A stretch of 63,526 bases of DNA, counting the filler, from Stramenopiles sp. TOSAG23-3 (lineage: Eukaryota), in the NCBI GenBank assembly GCA_900128585.1. It is 5 parts of 5 records of this genome, joined end to end, with 100 filler letters (N's around TTAATTAATTAA, not from the genome) between each part and the next. Parts side by side here need not be neighbours in the genome. Positions count along the whole stretch, not along the records: positions 28,505 to 56,889 come from LT642248.1; 4 more parts are not named here. The stretch is one strand, 5' to 3'. Below the pieces are notes generated by a model that ran no database searches, had not been told where the DNA came from, and was given only the letters and a program-made list of their open reading frames with translations. Numbering within the stretch: the stretch's first letter is position 1; each line of letters begins with the position of its first letter. Position numbers and translations under genes: made by a program. Of this stretch, positions 30,842-42,089 are shown one piece after another.

Positions 30842-33016
30842 ATGTGGAAGTTGGGTGGAAATTTATTGCTCCGGTCGCACTTGGCTCGGGGAGTTTCTGC
30901 GCTCTCGCGGCCGTGCACGAGGCTGCCTCTTAAGGTTAAGCGGAACGTTGGTCAAAGGTACTTTTTCTCTGGTGTTTTCTTGAAACCTCCCAGGCTTGTA
31001 AATGCCGTCGGTATGTTTGCATCGGCAGGCGTTTTTGCGGGGGTCGGACTACTGTCGTACAAGAGTAAGTTTGGGGTAGCGTTTGCAGAGGAGTCGCCGC
31101 CGGGCCTGGTCGTGCTGGGTAGCAGCAATGTAGAAAAAGTTGTGCCAGATTCAGACGGCGGGGAACAAGAATCAACCACAGCAAACGATTCGGCGGCGAA
31201 AGATTCAGATGGTGAGCCGGAGAGTCCCACGGCGTTGACAGTCCTGGATGAAAGGTCCGGTTCGATATGGATATGGGTCGTCAACGCTGCGAAGCAGGAC
31301 TGGTGGCTGTACTTGGTGGCAGCCGCTGCTTCGTTGGGGATGGCCGTCTGCGGTGTGATGGAAGCGCGACAGTTCGGGGATATATACGGCATGTTTAGCA
31401 GTGGAGACGGCAACATATGGGTTCCCGTCCGCAAACTGCTGGTATTGTTCGGCGCGGAGTTCGGGCTGAGCTTTCTTGCGACTTCGTTCCTTGCCCTTGC
31501 GACCAATCGCCTTGGGCAACGGCTGCGGGAGAGCTATTTTGAGAGCATTGTTCGCCAAGACATGGAGTTCTTTGACGAGACCAAGCAGGGGGAGATCATG
31601 CAGCACATTTCGGAAGACATAGGCGCTATTTGCACTGCCGTTAGGCAAATGTTCACCACGGGACTTCGCAGCGGCATGAATCTGATTGCCGGAACGGTGA
31701 ACCTGTTCATCCTCTCGCCGACCATCGGAACTTTCATCGTGGGGACCCTTCCCGTCCTCGCGATTTCCGCACACTTCCTCGCCATGGGGCTGCAAGGACT
31801 CAGCAAACGGGTCAGCAAGGCGAACGGGGCCGCCAATGCCGTTGCAAACGAGACCGTCTCGAATGTTCGCACCGTCAAGGCATTTACAGGTGAACTTAGG
31901 GAGAAAGTACGGTACTCGTCTGCTCTGGAGAGTGTGGTCGGGCTGAAAATGAAAATGGCGCTGGGGGCCGGCTCGTATTACGCAGCCCTGCATTTCGGTA
32001 TCAACTCGATGCAGCTTTTGTTGTGTGTGTTTGGGGGTAAACTGATAAGCGAAGGCAAGCTGGATAGTGGTGGGATGGTGACGGTTACTTCGCAAGTGCT
32101 GCAACTTCAACGGGCGTACGCGGGCATTTCGAGGACCATGACAGGAATGGTAAAAGCAATGGCGACATGCGACGGGGTCTACGAGGTGGTGCAGCGCTGC
32201 CCAAAACTAGAAAATGAACGTGGCCTGCGGACGCTGGAAAAGGCTGGCCTGAAGGGCGAAGTAGTGTTCTCCGGCGTTGACTTTCGGTACCCGTCAAGGC
32301 CACGGGTGCAAGTCTTGCGCAATTTAAATTTGACACTTCCCCCAGGAAAGGTGGTTGCTTTGGTAGGCGCATCAGGGTGTGGAAAGTCTACGATCGGCAG
32401 CTTGATCGAGCGATTCTACGACCCGGAAAGCGGGAGCGTCCTGGTAGACGGGGTTGCGCTGACCCAGTACGAAGCGAAATCCGTTCGGAGCATGATTGGA
32501 ATGGTAGACCAAAGCCCAGCGCTGTTTGCGTGCTCTGTCTTGGAAAACTTAAAGTATGGGCGCCCGGACGCGACAGAGGCGGAAGTGATCGAGGCCGCAA
32601 AAGCGGCCAACGCGCACAATTTTATCTCCGCGTTCCCCGATGGGTACAACACGGAGCTAGGCGAACACGGCTCGCAGCTCAGCGGTGGGCAACGCCAGCG
32701 CATCGCCATAGCCCGCGCACTGCTGAAAGACCCGCGCATTTTACTCCTCGACGAGGCCACCAGTGCGCTAGACGCTGCCAGTGAACAGGTAGTCCAGGAC
32801 GCCCTCTCTCGCTTGATGAAGGGGCGAACGGTGCTTGTCATCGCCCACCGACTCTCGACCGTCATCGATGCGGACATGATTTGTGTGATGCATCGGGGGC
32901 ATATTGTGGAGAAGGGCACGCACATGGAGCTGATGCGATTGGGTGGCAGGTACGCCGCGCTCTTCCGAAAGCAGCAGGCTGCGGCAGCAGTGTCTGGTGC
33001 GGGTGTCGACAGTTGA
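30842..33016 (+). CDS. ABCB-family half transporter (TMD-NBD), probably mitochondrial (ABCB8/ABCB10/MDL1-like)
   Basis: Arg-rich N-terminal presequence; RQDMEFFD, NVRTVKAF; Walker A GASGCGKST; signature LSGGQRQR; Walker B ILLLDEATSALD; H-loop IAHRLST. Confidence 0.93.
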   Translation: MWKLGGNLLLRSHLARGVSALSRPCTRLPLKVKRNVGQRYFFSGVFLKPPRLVNAVGMFASAGVFAGVGLLSYKSKFGVAFAEESPPGLVVLGSSNVEKVVPDSDGGEQESTTANDSAAKDSDGEPESPTALTVLDERSGSIWIWVVNAAKQDWWLYLVAAAASLGMAVCGVMEARQFGDIYGMFSSGDGNIWVPVRKLLVLFGAEFGLSFLATSFLALATNRLGQRLRESYFESIVRQDMEFFDETKQGEIMQHISEDIGAICTAVRQMFTTGLRSGMNLIAGTVNLFILSPTIGTFIVGTLPVLAISAHFLAMGLQGLSKRVSKANGAANAVANETVSNVRTVKAFTGELREKVRYSSALESVVGLKMKMALGAGSYYAALHFGINSMQLLLCVFGGKLISEGKLDSGGMVTVTSQVLQLQRAYAGISRTMTGMVKAMATCDGVYEVVQRCPKLENERGLRTLEKAGLKGEVVFSGVDFRYPSRPRVQVLRNLNLTLPPGKVVALVGASGCGKSTIGSLIERFYDPESGSVLVDGVALTQYEAKSVRSMIGMVDQSPALFACSVLENLKYGRPDATEAEVIEAAKAANAHNFISAFPDGYNTELGEHGSQLSGGQRQRIAIARALLKDPRILLLDEATSALDAASEQVVQDALSRLMKGRTVLVIAHRLSTVIDADMICVMHRGHIVEKGTHMELMRLGGRYAALFRKQQAAAAVSGAGVDS

Positions 33017-33068
33017 GACGATGAGGGAATATCAAGTTTTTTAAAAATCATGAAAGTGAATCTATATA

Positions 33069-33132
33069 TTAGGATTAGGGTATGAGGAAGCTAAATTTAA
33101 TTACTTAAATAACAGCCAATTTTCTTGTTTTT
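33069..33132 (+). repeat. Dispersed repeat core A with telomere-like leader
   Basis: TTAGGATTAGGGTATGAGGAAGCTAAATTTAATTACTTAAATAACAGCCAATTTTCTTGTTTTT. Confidence 0.9.
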
Positions 33133-33379
33133 ATATCTTAAAGATACCCCTGGTATGATATAAACACTGTTTTAATAAAATTACAAACCGCAAAACAATC
33201 GATCATCGAAACGATGCCGTTGCCCACTGCCTCCGCCACCTTTCCTCGATGCAGCACACGAAACAGGGCCACTTTTTGCAGCAGGAAAAATCGTGTCCGC
33301 TGTTCAGCACCTGGACCAGCGATTCGCCGACCGCGGCAACAAGCTCCATTGCATACATTCCTAATTGATAAAAAACTAT

Positions 33380-33868
33380 TCATGCCCACAGCAAAGGGTT
33401 TATGTCCTCCCGGCTTCGCCTCGTCCGCTTGGGTGACCGATCTTTTGCTCGGTCCGTGAATGTCTTGCCTAATTTTCGTTTCCTAAAACTGCCTGGCACT
33501 TCCAAATCCTCTAAACCGGGCTCTAACAGAACATGAAGTCTCTTTTTTGACACCATCCGTAAAATGTCGTCCTCCCTTATCACGACTTCCCGCCTGCCCT
33601 CGAACCTGCGCTCCCCTTTCTCCCCTATGATCATCATGCTCCTTACCATTTTATATACAAACTTATCGATTTCTATCTGCGCCCGTTCAAGTGCACCTTC
33701 TGTTATTTGAAACGAGGGGTTTTTCAAGCCGTACACTGGGTCGACCCCGGGATCTATTGCAACGACGTATTCTTCTAACTTTACGGCGGGGACCAAGTGG
33801 GTCTCACTTTTGCCCCAAACCACCCCCCCGGCTTGCTTTTTTACTTTTTCCTCCTTTATCACCGACAT
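33380..33868 (-). CDS. Hypothetical protein, possible histone-fold (NF-YC/DPB3/TAF10-like)
   Basis: ATG ORF, GC above flanks; FQITEGALERAQIEIDKFVYKMVR..VVIREDDILRMVS..LHVLLE resembles the histone-fold alpha2-L2-alpha3 pattern. The fold call is tentative. Confidence 0.55.
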   Translation of the reverse strand: MSVIKEEKVKKQAGGVVWGKSETHLVPAVKLEEYVVAIDPGVDPVYGLKNPSFQITEGALERAQIEIDKFVYKMVRSMMIIGEKGERRFEGRREVVIREDDILRMVSKKRLHVLLEPGLEDLEVPGSFRKRKLGKTFTDRAKDRSPKRTRRSREDINPLLWA

Positions 33869-35533
33869 AAACTAGTCCGTCGTTGCTTTCTCGTATTATT
33901 GATGATTCTCCTTTGTTAAAATTTGATCATTCCCTTCTTCTACTTTTGATTGTTTATTTTTTGTCGGTTTCTTTTAAACATTAATTATGCGTAAAATAAA
34001 GAATTTGCGGGAGTAACTGTATTTTCTTCTTCTTTGAAATATAATTAACAGTAATAATAATTTAAATTATTATAATACTTCTTTTTTTTTCTTCTCCTAA
34101 TTATTATAATAATAATTTATTTCTTTTGGTGGCTGCTTGTTGCTCGTTGTTGTCTACGAACACTACCAACGAGGAGATCAATGTAGTCTAATAATTAAAT
34201 AAAAACATTATTGGGGATTGATTATTGGGGTACGGGTATTATTTAATACCACCAATATTTATCCCGCCTTCATTCACCTAATTATGCCTCTAAATTTGCC
34301 TAATAACTTTTCCTAACGCAAATATTCTAAGTTAATCTTTTTTTTTAGGATTCTACTGTTCTACTGTATAAAATCTAACGATATTTTTGATAGAATTAAT
34401 AAGGAACAAGTCTAATTACAATTAAAATAACAATTCTATTTTCCTAACGCAATACAATTAAGAAAATAGTCTAGTTACCATTATAGGACTACCGACGGCA
34501 AAAATAAGGTGAAGAAAATAATCGAAGGTTGCAAAGTAAATCAACTTAATGAAAAGTAATGAACAAATAAAAAAATTCCCTCCTGGAGAAATAGGTCTAC
34601 CTAAATGTGATAAAAATCAAAGTTGGGAAGGAGGCGACAAAAGTTGAAGCCTGGGTGGGGCCGGGGCCTTGGTCACTTGGTCACTTTGGGCCTCCTGGGT
34701 CCCACTGGGGCCTGCCTCAACTGGGATGGGAGTATGGGAGTATGCAAAAACCTGAGCAACCTACTACGAGACTACGCGTACGAGTAGACTAAGAAGAGCA
34801 TTTTTGCTTTATTATAGTTTATATAATTAATTTTAACAATGTTGTATCATCGAAACAAGAAGAAAATGAAAGAAAGATCCATTAATCCAATTAATTAACA
34901 CAACTCCTTTCAAAATTTGATTATTAATTTAAGTATATGAATAAAATGTAGTTAAAAATAATATTTATATACACAAAAGAATATTTAGGATCTCATTGGA
35001 AATAGTATTAAAAAACAATTAATATAGAAATACAATAAAGAATAAAATAGACCATTTCGAGTCAAGAAAATTGATTTTTCTAGTATACAATTATTATATA
35101 CTAAATATTATAATTATTCAATACATTATCATCCAATTTTGTTTCCTCTGTTTCTCCGTCGGTCATACGCGTAATCCACTTTCGATAAAAAGTAGTAGCA
35201 GCTATAATATCATAATAGCACACGAGATGATGATGAGAAGATAATTTATTTGATTAATTGAAGCATGAAATAAGAACGACTAAACGATGAATGAAAGAGA
35301 GAGATGGAATGTAATGTAAAGAAAGGAAACGATTGGGGGTAATGGAAGGGAAGAGAATAAGTTCTAATTAAATTAAATTGAATTAAAGAGTGAGTTTGGG
35401 AATATTTCAATTGTGAAAGGTTTCCGACCCTTTGCAGAAGCAAGAAGTGTGCACTCCTACTTACGGAACGAAACGGACGGGACGAACTGGGGCAACAATT
35501 GAAGAAGGCTGGAAAGAAAGAAAATAGGACAAG

Positions 35534-37045
35534 ATGCCAGAGCGGTGCCATGATAACAAAAACTGTCGCCGTGACCTTTGGAGAAGGTACGTATGGCTCA
35601 GTTTCGTGGTTTTATTCTTTGTGATCGGATATTCAATTTTGCTGCTCACGCCACACAAGAAGGAAGAGGACTCGTACGTGTCCTTCGTTAACCGCATGGG
35701 GAACAACGCCCGCTGGTGGTCCAAAAAACAGACCACGGCAACTTTGTGCCAGAAACGGGAGCACCAGCACGCTGTAAGAAGCACCAAAGAGAATACAACG
35801 ACCTGCTCCGGTTCGTGCATGAGTTCGAAGGACTTCGTTGTCTACGAGGTTTCCGGGGTCGACTACGCTGCGTTGTACGACCGGATCGGGTCGGCAATTA
35901 TTATTTGGATGATTTCACTTAGTGCGGACGTGTGCGTGATTTTATACCATGTGAAGAACCGGCCGCACCCAAAATTTATGATGACGACTTCTCGCCTGGT
36001 GTCGATCACGATTCACGCCATTGCCGGCTCTGGCGAATGCATGGCGGGGCTGTGGTCTGCGTTTTTGGTCGGTGACCAGCGCCTTGCGATGATCAACTAT
36101 ATGTCTGTCTTCTCCCTGTTCCATATTCTGACGGCCATATTCCAAACCGACATCGTGTTCGGCGCGAAAAAGATCATGATCCCTTGCTACATGTGTGCCA
36201 TAATCATGAAAATATTTTGTTGGGTAAAGCTAGTGACCAACCTAGCCGCGGGTGGCAACGAATTGCTGATCTTGTCGTGGTTTCTTTCCCTAGAACTGAT
36301 CCACCACATGTACGTATGGGTCCGTGTTGTGATCCACTTCACCACGAAGATCGGGCTGTTTCGCAGAGTTCAGTATACCATGGCCATCATCATGGCCGGT
36401 ATGATATGCGTTTACCCAGCCCTAGGGGCGGGGGGCATGATATTCTTCGGAGGATTTGTAGTGTTATACCAACCCTTGTGGAAATGCTGGGTGCGCCAAC
36501 CAAAGCGCCGCATATTTTTCGAGGCAGAGCTGGACCGCAACCATTTCTTTTCGGACCTGTACCGTGAGCGGGCCGTCGAGATGATGAAGAAGATAGGGAA
36601 GGAGAGGCAGTACAACGACAATACCACGTTCTCCAAGGAACTTTTGAAGCAGAGCGAAGACGATCTCATAAAATGTTCCTTTGAAATATTGGACATGGAC
36701 CGTTCTGGCTATGTCACTGTGGAAGAGATTGAACACATGTTGATCAATTGGGGCTGCCCGGAAAGCGACGCTCACCACGCCATGAAAGTTCTGGGGCTGG
36801 CGCCAGAAACTCACGTAGATGTGAAGATGTTCAAGGAAAACTTCTACGATGTTTGGCACTTTTCCGTTGAATGCTTGGGGGAGCTTGCTCGACACCTAGA
36901 CCAGAAGACTGTGAATTTTGATGGAACCTTGCTCCCTTTCCAAGAAATCAACGCTCATACTATTTTCAGTGACAACACGGATAGGTTTATCGCCATCCAA
37001 GCGAACAATCGGGCCGTCAAGAAGGACCAGGTGAAGCCCTTGTAG
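35534..37045 (+). CDS. Multi-pass membrane protein with C-terminal EF-hand (503 aa)
   Basis: About 8 hydrophobic segments, several containing His; canonical EF loop DMDRSGYVTVEE at 36692-36727 and a degenerate second hand. Confidence 0.8.
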   Translation: MPERCHDNKNCRRDLWRRYVWLSFVVLFFVIGYSILLLTPHKKEEDSYVSFVNRMGNNARWWSKKQTTATLCQKREHQHAVRSTKENTTTCSGSCMSSKDFVVYEVSGVDYAALYDRIGSAIIIWMISLSADVCVILYHVKNRPHPKFMMTTSRLVSITIHAIAGSGECMAGLWSAFLVGDQRLAMINYMSVFSLFHILTAIFQTDIVFGAKKIMIPCYMCAIIMKIFCWVKLVTNLAAGGNELLILSWFLSLELIHHMYVWVRVVIHFTTKIGLFRRVQYTMAIIMAGMICVYPALGAGGMIFFGGFVVLYQPLWKCWVRQPKRRIFFEAELDRNHFFSDLYRERAVEMMKKIGKERQYNDNTTFSKELLKQSEDDLIKCSFEILDMDRSGYVTVEEIEHMLINWGCPESDAHHAMKVLGLAPETHVDVKMFKENFYDVWHFSVECLGELARHLDQKTVNFDGTLLPFQEINAHTIFSDNTDRFIAIQANNRAVKKDQVKPL

Positions 37046-37175
37046 TGGGGAGACGCGCGCGCGCACCCTTTCTTTAACAAAATATAAAACATTAATAGAG
37101 GAGCTCTTAATTGCTCTTATGATTCGTAATTAAAAAATCGAGATAGGATTGGGGTTGGATTTGAAGTAGTATTTG

Positions 37176-37296
37176 ATTTAAAATGAGAGTCTTAAAACAT
37201 ACTATATAATTTGTTTTTTTAAAACAAGAAAATTGGCTGTTATTTAAGTAAAAAACAAGAAAATTGGCTGTTATTTAAGTAATTAAATTTAGCTTC
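37176..37296 (-). repeat. Repeat module D followed by tandem partial + full core A
   Basis: ATTTAAAATGAGAGTCTTAAAACATACTATATA (inverted copy at 57835-57867), then two AAAACAAGAAAATTGGCTGTTATTTAAGTA units; TGTTTTTTT on both sides of the A block. Confidence 0.9.
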
Positions 37297-37482
37297 TGTT
37301 TTTTTTTGATTCGTACTGAGGAAAGTACAAAGTACGAACTACGTACGTTAAACTTATTTAATAAGAGCGTTCGTACAAACTTATACTACGTCTGGCCATT
37401 CCAGAGTGTATATTGAAAAAAATATGTACAAAAATGTCCGTGCCAAAAAATTCTAAAATACCAATTTCGCCCCTCTCTTCTT

Positions 37483-39123
37483 TCAATCCTTCCCGCCGGG
37501 ATGTCTGCCCGGCACGCTTCCCGCACGCCTCAGCGCCTCTGCTACTCGTGCAGCGCCCCCGCGGGCTCCCATCAAATTCACGCTTCCAGGCCCAAGAGTC
37601 AGCCCCGCATGCTCTCCTAGTACAAACGCATTTAAATCCGCGTGGAGGCGCAAATCGTTCGTCAGTTTCGGAAGCCTGTCGCCCACAATATTAAAGTAGC
37701 CCTCCAAACCCTTGAACGTGGCATCGAGGCGAACGTCCACTTTCGTTCCAGTGGCGCACCAAATGGTATCAAAAAATAGGGGTCCGTCGTGGTCTCCAGA
37801 GAACTGCACTTCCCACAAGTTCGATGAATCGTCAAAGTACGCGTACTCGATGTCGCTGTCTTCAAAACAGGAGAACAGTCCAGACTCTTTTCCTTCCTCC
37901 AGTTCTTTCAACACTTCCGGTGTCATACTACCCCCATTTTTGGCCGAAAGCAACACCTCCATGCGCTGGTTGTAATCCGCCTTGGACCAGAACGTTGCCA
38001 ACCGACTCGTTCGCTCTCGACCCATCCATGGCAAGTCCAAATCGAATTGCCGCGATTGCAAAGGTCCGCGGGCAACGAGCGAGACATGCTGATCTCCGGA
38101 GCACATTCGCATAGCACGCACGGCCAGGTGCCCCGCAGTCAACCCGCCCCCAACAATCAACAGCTTCTTAAACGATTCGACTCCTTGTCTGTTTTCGTGC
38201 GCCCACATAATATTGCAGGAGTGGAGCAGGCGCCCGGGGGGGATGCTCGTGCGCTCCTCGTCGTCGAGGTCACCGTAAAACTCTGGGTACACTGGAGTGT
38301 TCAAGGGCCCCGTCGCAAACACGACGTTGCTCGCTGTGATAACTGCGCCATCTGCCAACTCGACCCGGAAGAAATGGGCCTTTTTCGTTCCGCACTTGGC
38401 GTTCCCATCGGTTCCTTGCTGCCGAAGGACGGCCTTCACGTCCGTCACGGTCCCCTGCGTGATGGAACCTTCCAAATGGTACCGTTCCACGATAGACTCT
38501 GAAAACGCATTGTAGACCCCCGTTTTCGGGACTTCGTACGGTCCATGGTACGCAACGCTTCTGTCTAAGTCAAGATTGACCACAGCGCTGTCCCTGTCCC
38601 AGTTCTTCTCTATAAAAATCCGCATGCCCTGCGGGTCCACTGGGTCGCAGTGTGCCCCAAGGGCCGAGCGCAAATTTGGAATGCCCAGCGCTGCGAACTG
38701 GTGCTTCCATTGGGCGAGCCAGCTTTTGTTGCGGTCGACTATGCACACATTTTCCAAAAACGCCTTGTGCTCGGCCTGGCTCCTCTGTGCCTTGCTCCAT
38801 TTCCCTCGAATAGTGGCGTCCTTTTGGGTGAAGATGTGGTCCGGCAACAGCTTGTACTTTGCGCTTATTCTATTGCTGTTGGACACTTTGAACAACGTCT
38901 TGTTCGAAGGGTTTTCCTCCAGCTGGTCCAGCGAGGGCTCCATCAACTTTGTAAGGAGTGCCAGCGCGTGCGGTCCGGCACCAACGATTAAGAGTGGAAA
39001 GTCCACTTTAAATGCACCCGCGCCTTCCAAGCCCCCCTCCAAGCGTGCATGTCCCAAAGGCTGCTGGACCGCCCCCGATACGCTCGAAGCCGACCGATCC
39101 GCACCGACCGCCAATGAGGCCAT
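37483..39123 (-). CDS. FAD/NAD(P)-dependent oxidoreductase (class B flavin monooxygenase / lysine-ornithine N-hydroxylase-like)
   Basis: Two Rossmann motifs LLIVGAGPHAL and LLIVGGGLTAGH; VVFATG and IWCATG; C-terminal GEHAGLTLGPGSVNLMGAR. First ATG at 39123. Confidence 0.85.
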   Translation of the reverse strand: MASLAVGADRSASSVSGAVQQPLGHARLEGGLEGAGAFKVDFPLLIVGAGPHALALLTKLMEPSLDQLEENPSNKTLFKVSNSNRISAKYKLLPDHIFTQKDATIRGKWSKAQRSQAEHKAFLENVCIVDRNKSWLAQWKHQFAALGIPNLRSALGAHCDPVDPQGMRIFIEKNWDRDSAVVNLDLDRSVAYHGPYEVPKTGVYNAFSESIVERYHLEGSITQGTVTDVKAVLRQQGTDGNAKCGTKKAHFFRVELADGAVITASNVVFATGPLNTPVYPEFYGDLDDEERTSIPPGRLLHSCNIMWAHENRQGVESFKKLLIVGGGLTAGHLAVRAMRMCSGDQHVSLVARGPLQSRQFDLDLPWMGRERTSRLATFWSKADYNQRMEVLLSAKNGGSMTPEVLKELEEGKESGLFSCFEDSDIEYAYFDDSSNLWEVQFSGDHDGPLFFDTIWCATGTKVDVRLDATFKGLEGYFNIVGDRLPKLTNDLRLHADLNAFVLGEHAGLTLGPGSVNLMGARGGAARVAEALRRAGSVPGRHPGGKD

Positions 39124-40288
39124 TTTTTTCGCGGAAAACCTACAACTAAAAAAAACAACCGAAGAAACAAAAATCAAGAAGAACGCAACAAAAACACAAC
39201 AACGACCTGTCCGTCTGAATCAGTTCATTTAGACTAAAAGAAGAATTTTATTCGTAAACTGAAAAAATTAAGAAAGGAAAGAAAGATATGCCACGAAACG
39301 TTAACTTTGGGTAACAGTCTTCAACGGGTGTAGTAGTATAAAATAAAAAATATAATAAGAGACAATACGAGCGATTCGAAGAAGAAGAAAAAAGAAGAAA
39401 AAGAAAAAAATAATAATAAATAAATATACGACGAGATGACGAAGATACGAGAAGATACGAGACACGACGAGGAGGAAGAAAACAGAGAGAAGAGAGAAGA
39501 AGAAGAAGAAGAGTATTATTTTAATAATTTTATTAGTCTAGGATCTACGAGTAGGAGGAAGGAGAGAGAAGAAGAGAGGAGAAGAGAAGAGAGAGAGAAA
39601 GAAAGAAAGAAAGAAGGAATTTGTTGTTGTTGATGTGATGCTAGATGCTAGATGCTCCAATATCTATAGAAACTAATCCTCGTAATAAGTGTAATACAAG
39701 CGATAAAGAAAGAAATAAGTACGAGGTATAATACACATCTATAATATCACATAGGACTATCATCACAAATTGTAATCACTATTTGCTAATGAATATTACG
39801 TACCGGTACTACTGTATACTAATTATGTCATTTTAATACGTTTCGTCTTCTTTTCTTCTTCTATCTTTGGCTTTAAATAATATATTATTAAATAATATAA
39901 ACATAGCATACGAGGGAGGAATCCACAAAGAGAGAAATGAAAATAAATAAAAAAATTTCTACTATTTTTTTTTATTATTTTATTATTTACCTCCTTTTCC
40001 TCCTCGTCTGAGGCTCTGAAGAGAAAGAAGGCCGAAGCGATCCTTTTTATATAGGATAATGAGTATAGAATCATAAGTATAAATATACGAAAAGGAATCT
40101 TCAATGTAATATCCTTAATGTATACTTCTTATAATTTATTGTAATTAGTATTCGTTGTATATGATGGGAATGTATTAAAAGTTATTCTTCGTGTCTGCTT
40201 CTAGATTTGCTCGCAAACGATCCGAGCCAACAATTCTGTGTTTCCACCATCACACGCTCCACCAGCGAAATCGTGTGCGATCGTACAA

Positions 40289-40918
40289 TCAGCGTTTCTT
40301 TTGACTGTCTTGAATCATGCGGTTGACTGTCATGTAGTAAAAAAATGGGCCAAGGACAGGTCCTGCAGCAAGCAGAAAGAAGGTAATCCATTCCCTCAAG
40401 AACAATGCAGTACGGGCAAGGTAATCTTCGTTGGAGAACACGGGAACGATCATTTCGGTCGAACTCTCACTAACTCGTTCGACAAGGTCGTCGCCCTCGC
40501 CATACGAGTACGCAACAGATGCGGCGTTTTGGGTGTAGTATTGGGAGACATTGCGTAGGTCTTCCGTGAACCAGGTCGGAACTATGACGAATTCAAAGGA
40601 TTGGCTTTCACCTGCGTTCAACGACTTGTACGTGGCCGACGTGGAGCCGTGGACGTTGAACAAGTCGTCCTCGAAGGAGTCCGTTACTTGCACATCGCTT
40701 GCAGCAACACCACCAACGTTTTTCACGGTGATTTTTACAGAAGCATTACGTGATTCAACCAGAACGTTTTTTAGTTCACCCTCGGAGTGTTTGATAACCT
40801 CTGGGGTGATGATAGACTTCTGCACAAGTACAAAAGCACGGCTAGAAAGGTCCGCCTCGTCCGCGAACGTACCGACGGCTAGACAAGCAAGGGCTAAAGC
40901 TTTGGACGCAAAGTTCAT
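40289..40918 (-). CDS. SSR2: Translocon-associated protein subunit beta
   Basis: Signal peptide; VLVQKSI..ITVKNVGGVAASDVQVTD..F..GSTSATY..LNAGE..FVIVP..AASVAY; single C-terminal TM preceded by REW. Confidence 0.88.
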   Translation of the reverse strand: MNFASKALALACLAVGTFADEADLSSRAFVLVQKSIITPEVIKHSEGELKNVLVESRNASVKITVKNVGGVAASDVQVTDSFEDDLFNVHGSTSATYKSLNAGESQSFEFVIVPTWFTEDLRNVSQYYTQNAASVAYSYGEGDDLVERVSESSTEMIVPVFSNEDYLARTALFLREWITFFLLAAGPVLGPFFYYMTVNRMIQDSQKKR

Positions 40919-42089
40919 CTTTAAGTTTGATACAGTGTTCAGTGTTTGTTGAAAATATTTGAATAATTAGTATACTTCCTAATGTTACGTCACAATGGTA
41001 TCTTTTCTTCTTCAATTCCTTACGACGTTTAATTGTACACACAGTTGTCCTCTTCCTTCTTTCATTCAACTTAAAATGTGTTAGTATAATAAAGATCGTC
41101 TCTGTGTATAATGAACGAACATCAGCAGCAGTTCGTTGGCTCCTCCTCCTCTCTTCTCTCTTCTCTCTTCTTCTGTCTCCCTCCCTACAGCTTTGGTACC
41201 TGAGCTAATAATGTACATTAAATACCGGTATTATATTCTCGTATAATCATAACAGCACACTTGTAGCTAGACTATATTTAACTACACACAATATTGTATT
41301 ATCACGACCGTCCATACTATTACGATATAAATAAAACTGTTGTAAATTCGTTTGAGAGGAGGAATGGAAGGCTATCACTGCTTTCCAATACTATTTACAT
41401 GTAAACCGTACAATAATTTTGAGAATGAAACTCTTCTTCTGTGTAGAAGTTTACAAACCCCCAAATCGATCTTAATTAAGTACAATAATAACACTACATA
41501 TTTACCTATTTAAATTAACCCTAATTTTTTGTGGTTGCTGGATGATTTTATTAGTGTTAAGGGATAGGGTAGTAACAAAAAGGGAAGAAGAAAAGAAAGC
41601 AATGTCATTACTACCTGGTGTAATGTAGTATAATATAATAATACCGTCCCCGCAACAAATTCTTTTTTCTTCTTGCTGTGATGATGTTATTAAATATAAT
41701 TAAAAATTGATTCTTCTTTTTTTTTTTATTATTTTATAAAAAAAGAAGCTTTTTCTTCTTCTTCTTCTTCTTCGCTAAAAAAAAATGAAAAAAAAGCTCC
41801 TGTAGAGATAAATAAATTTAACATTGACATAGCATCTCTTATTTGCGAAAAAAAATAAAATAGTTGATGATGATGATGATAGAAAAAACAAAAAAAGAAG
41901 CGAAAAAATTCTTCTACCAATAATAATTAATAATACATTTACTTGCAAAGTATTCCATTCATATAAGAATGAAAAACAAAAACTGTCCTTTCATGAACGT
42001 TTATTAAATTAGAAGATTTTTCTTTATGAACGTTGTGTGCAATCTTCTACACGTGCGTCCTTTTTTTTCTGTTTGAACCCATAGCAACG

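Noticed and set aside
34300-34790. Degenerate short duplications (TTTCCTAACGCAA x2) and a G-rich patch (TTGGTCAC x2, GGGAGTAT x2)
   Set aside because: Too short and irregular to support a defined element.
24717-39123. NAT-MTase, glycosidase, ABC transporter and flavoprotein as a biosynthetic gene cluster
   Set aside because: A contig gap separates NAT-MTase from the rest, the ABC looks like a housekeeping mitochondrial type, and no scaffold-forming enzyme is present.
39375-39620. Purine-rich GAA/GA tracts and the short ORFs over them
   Set aside because: Low-complexity intergenic sequence; ORFs are spurious.
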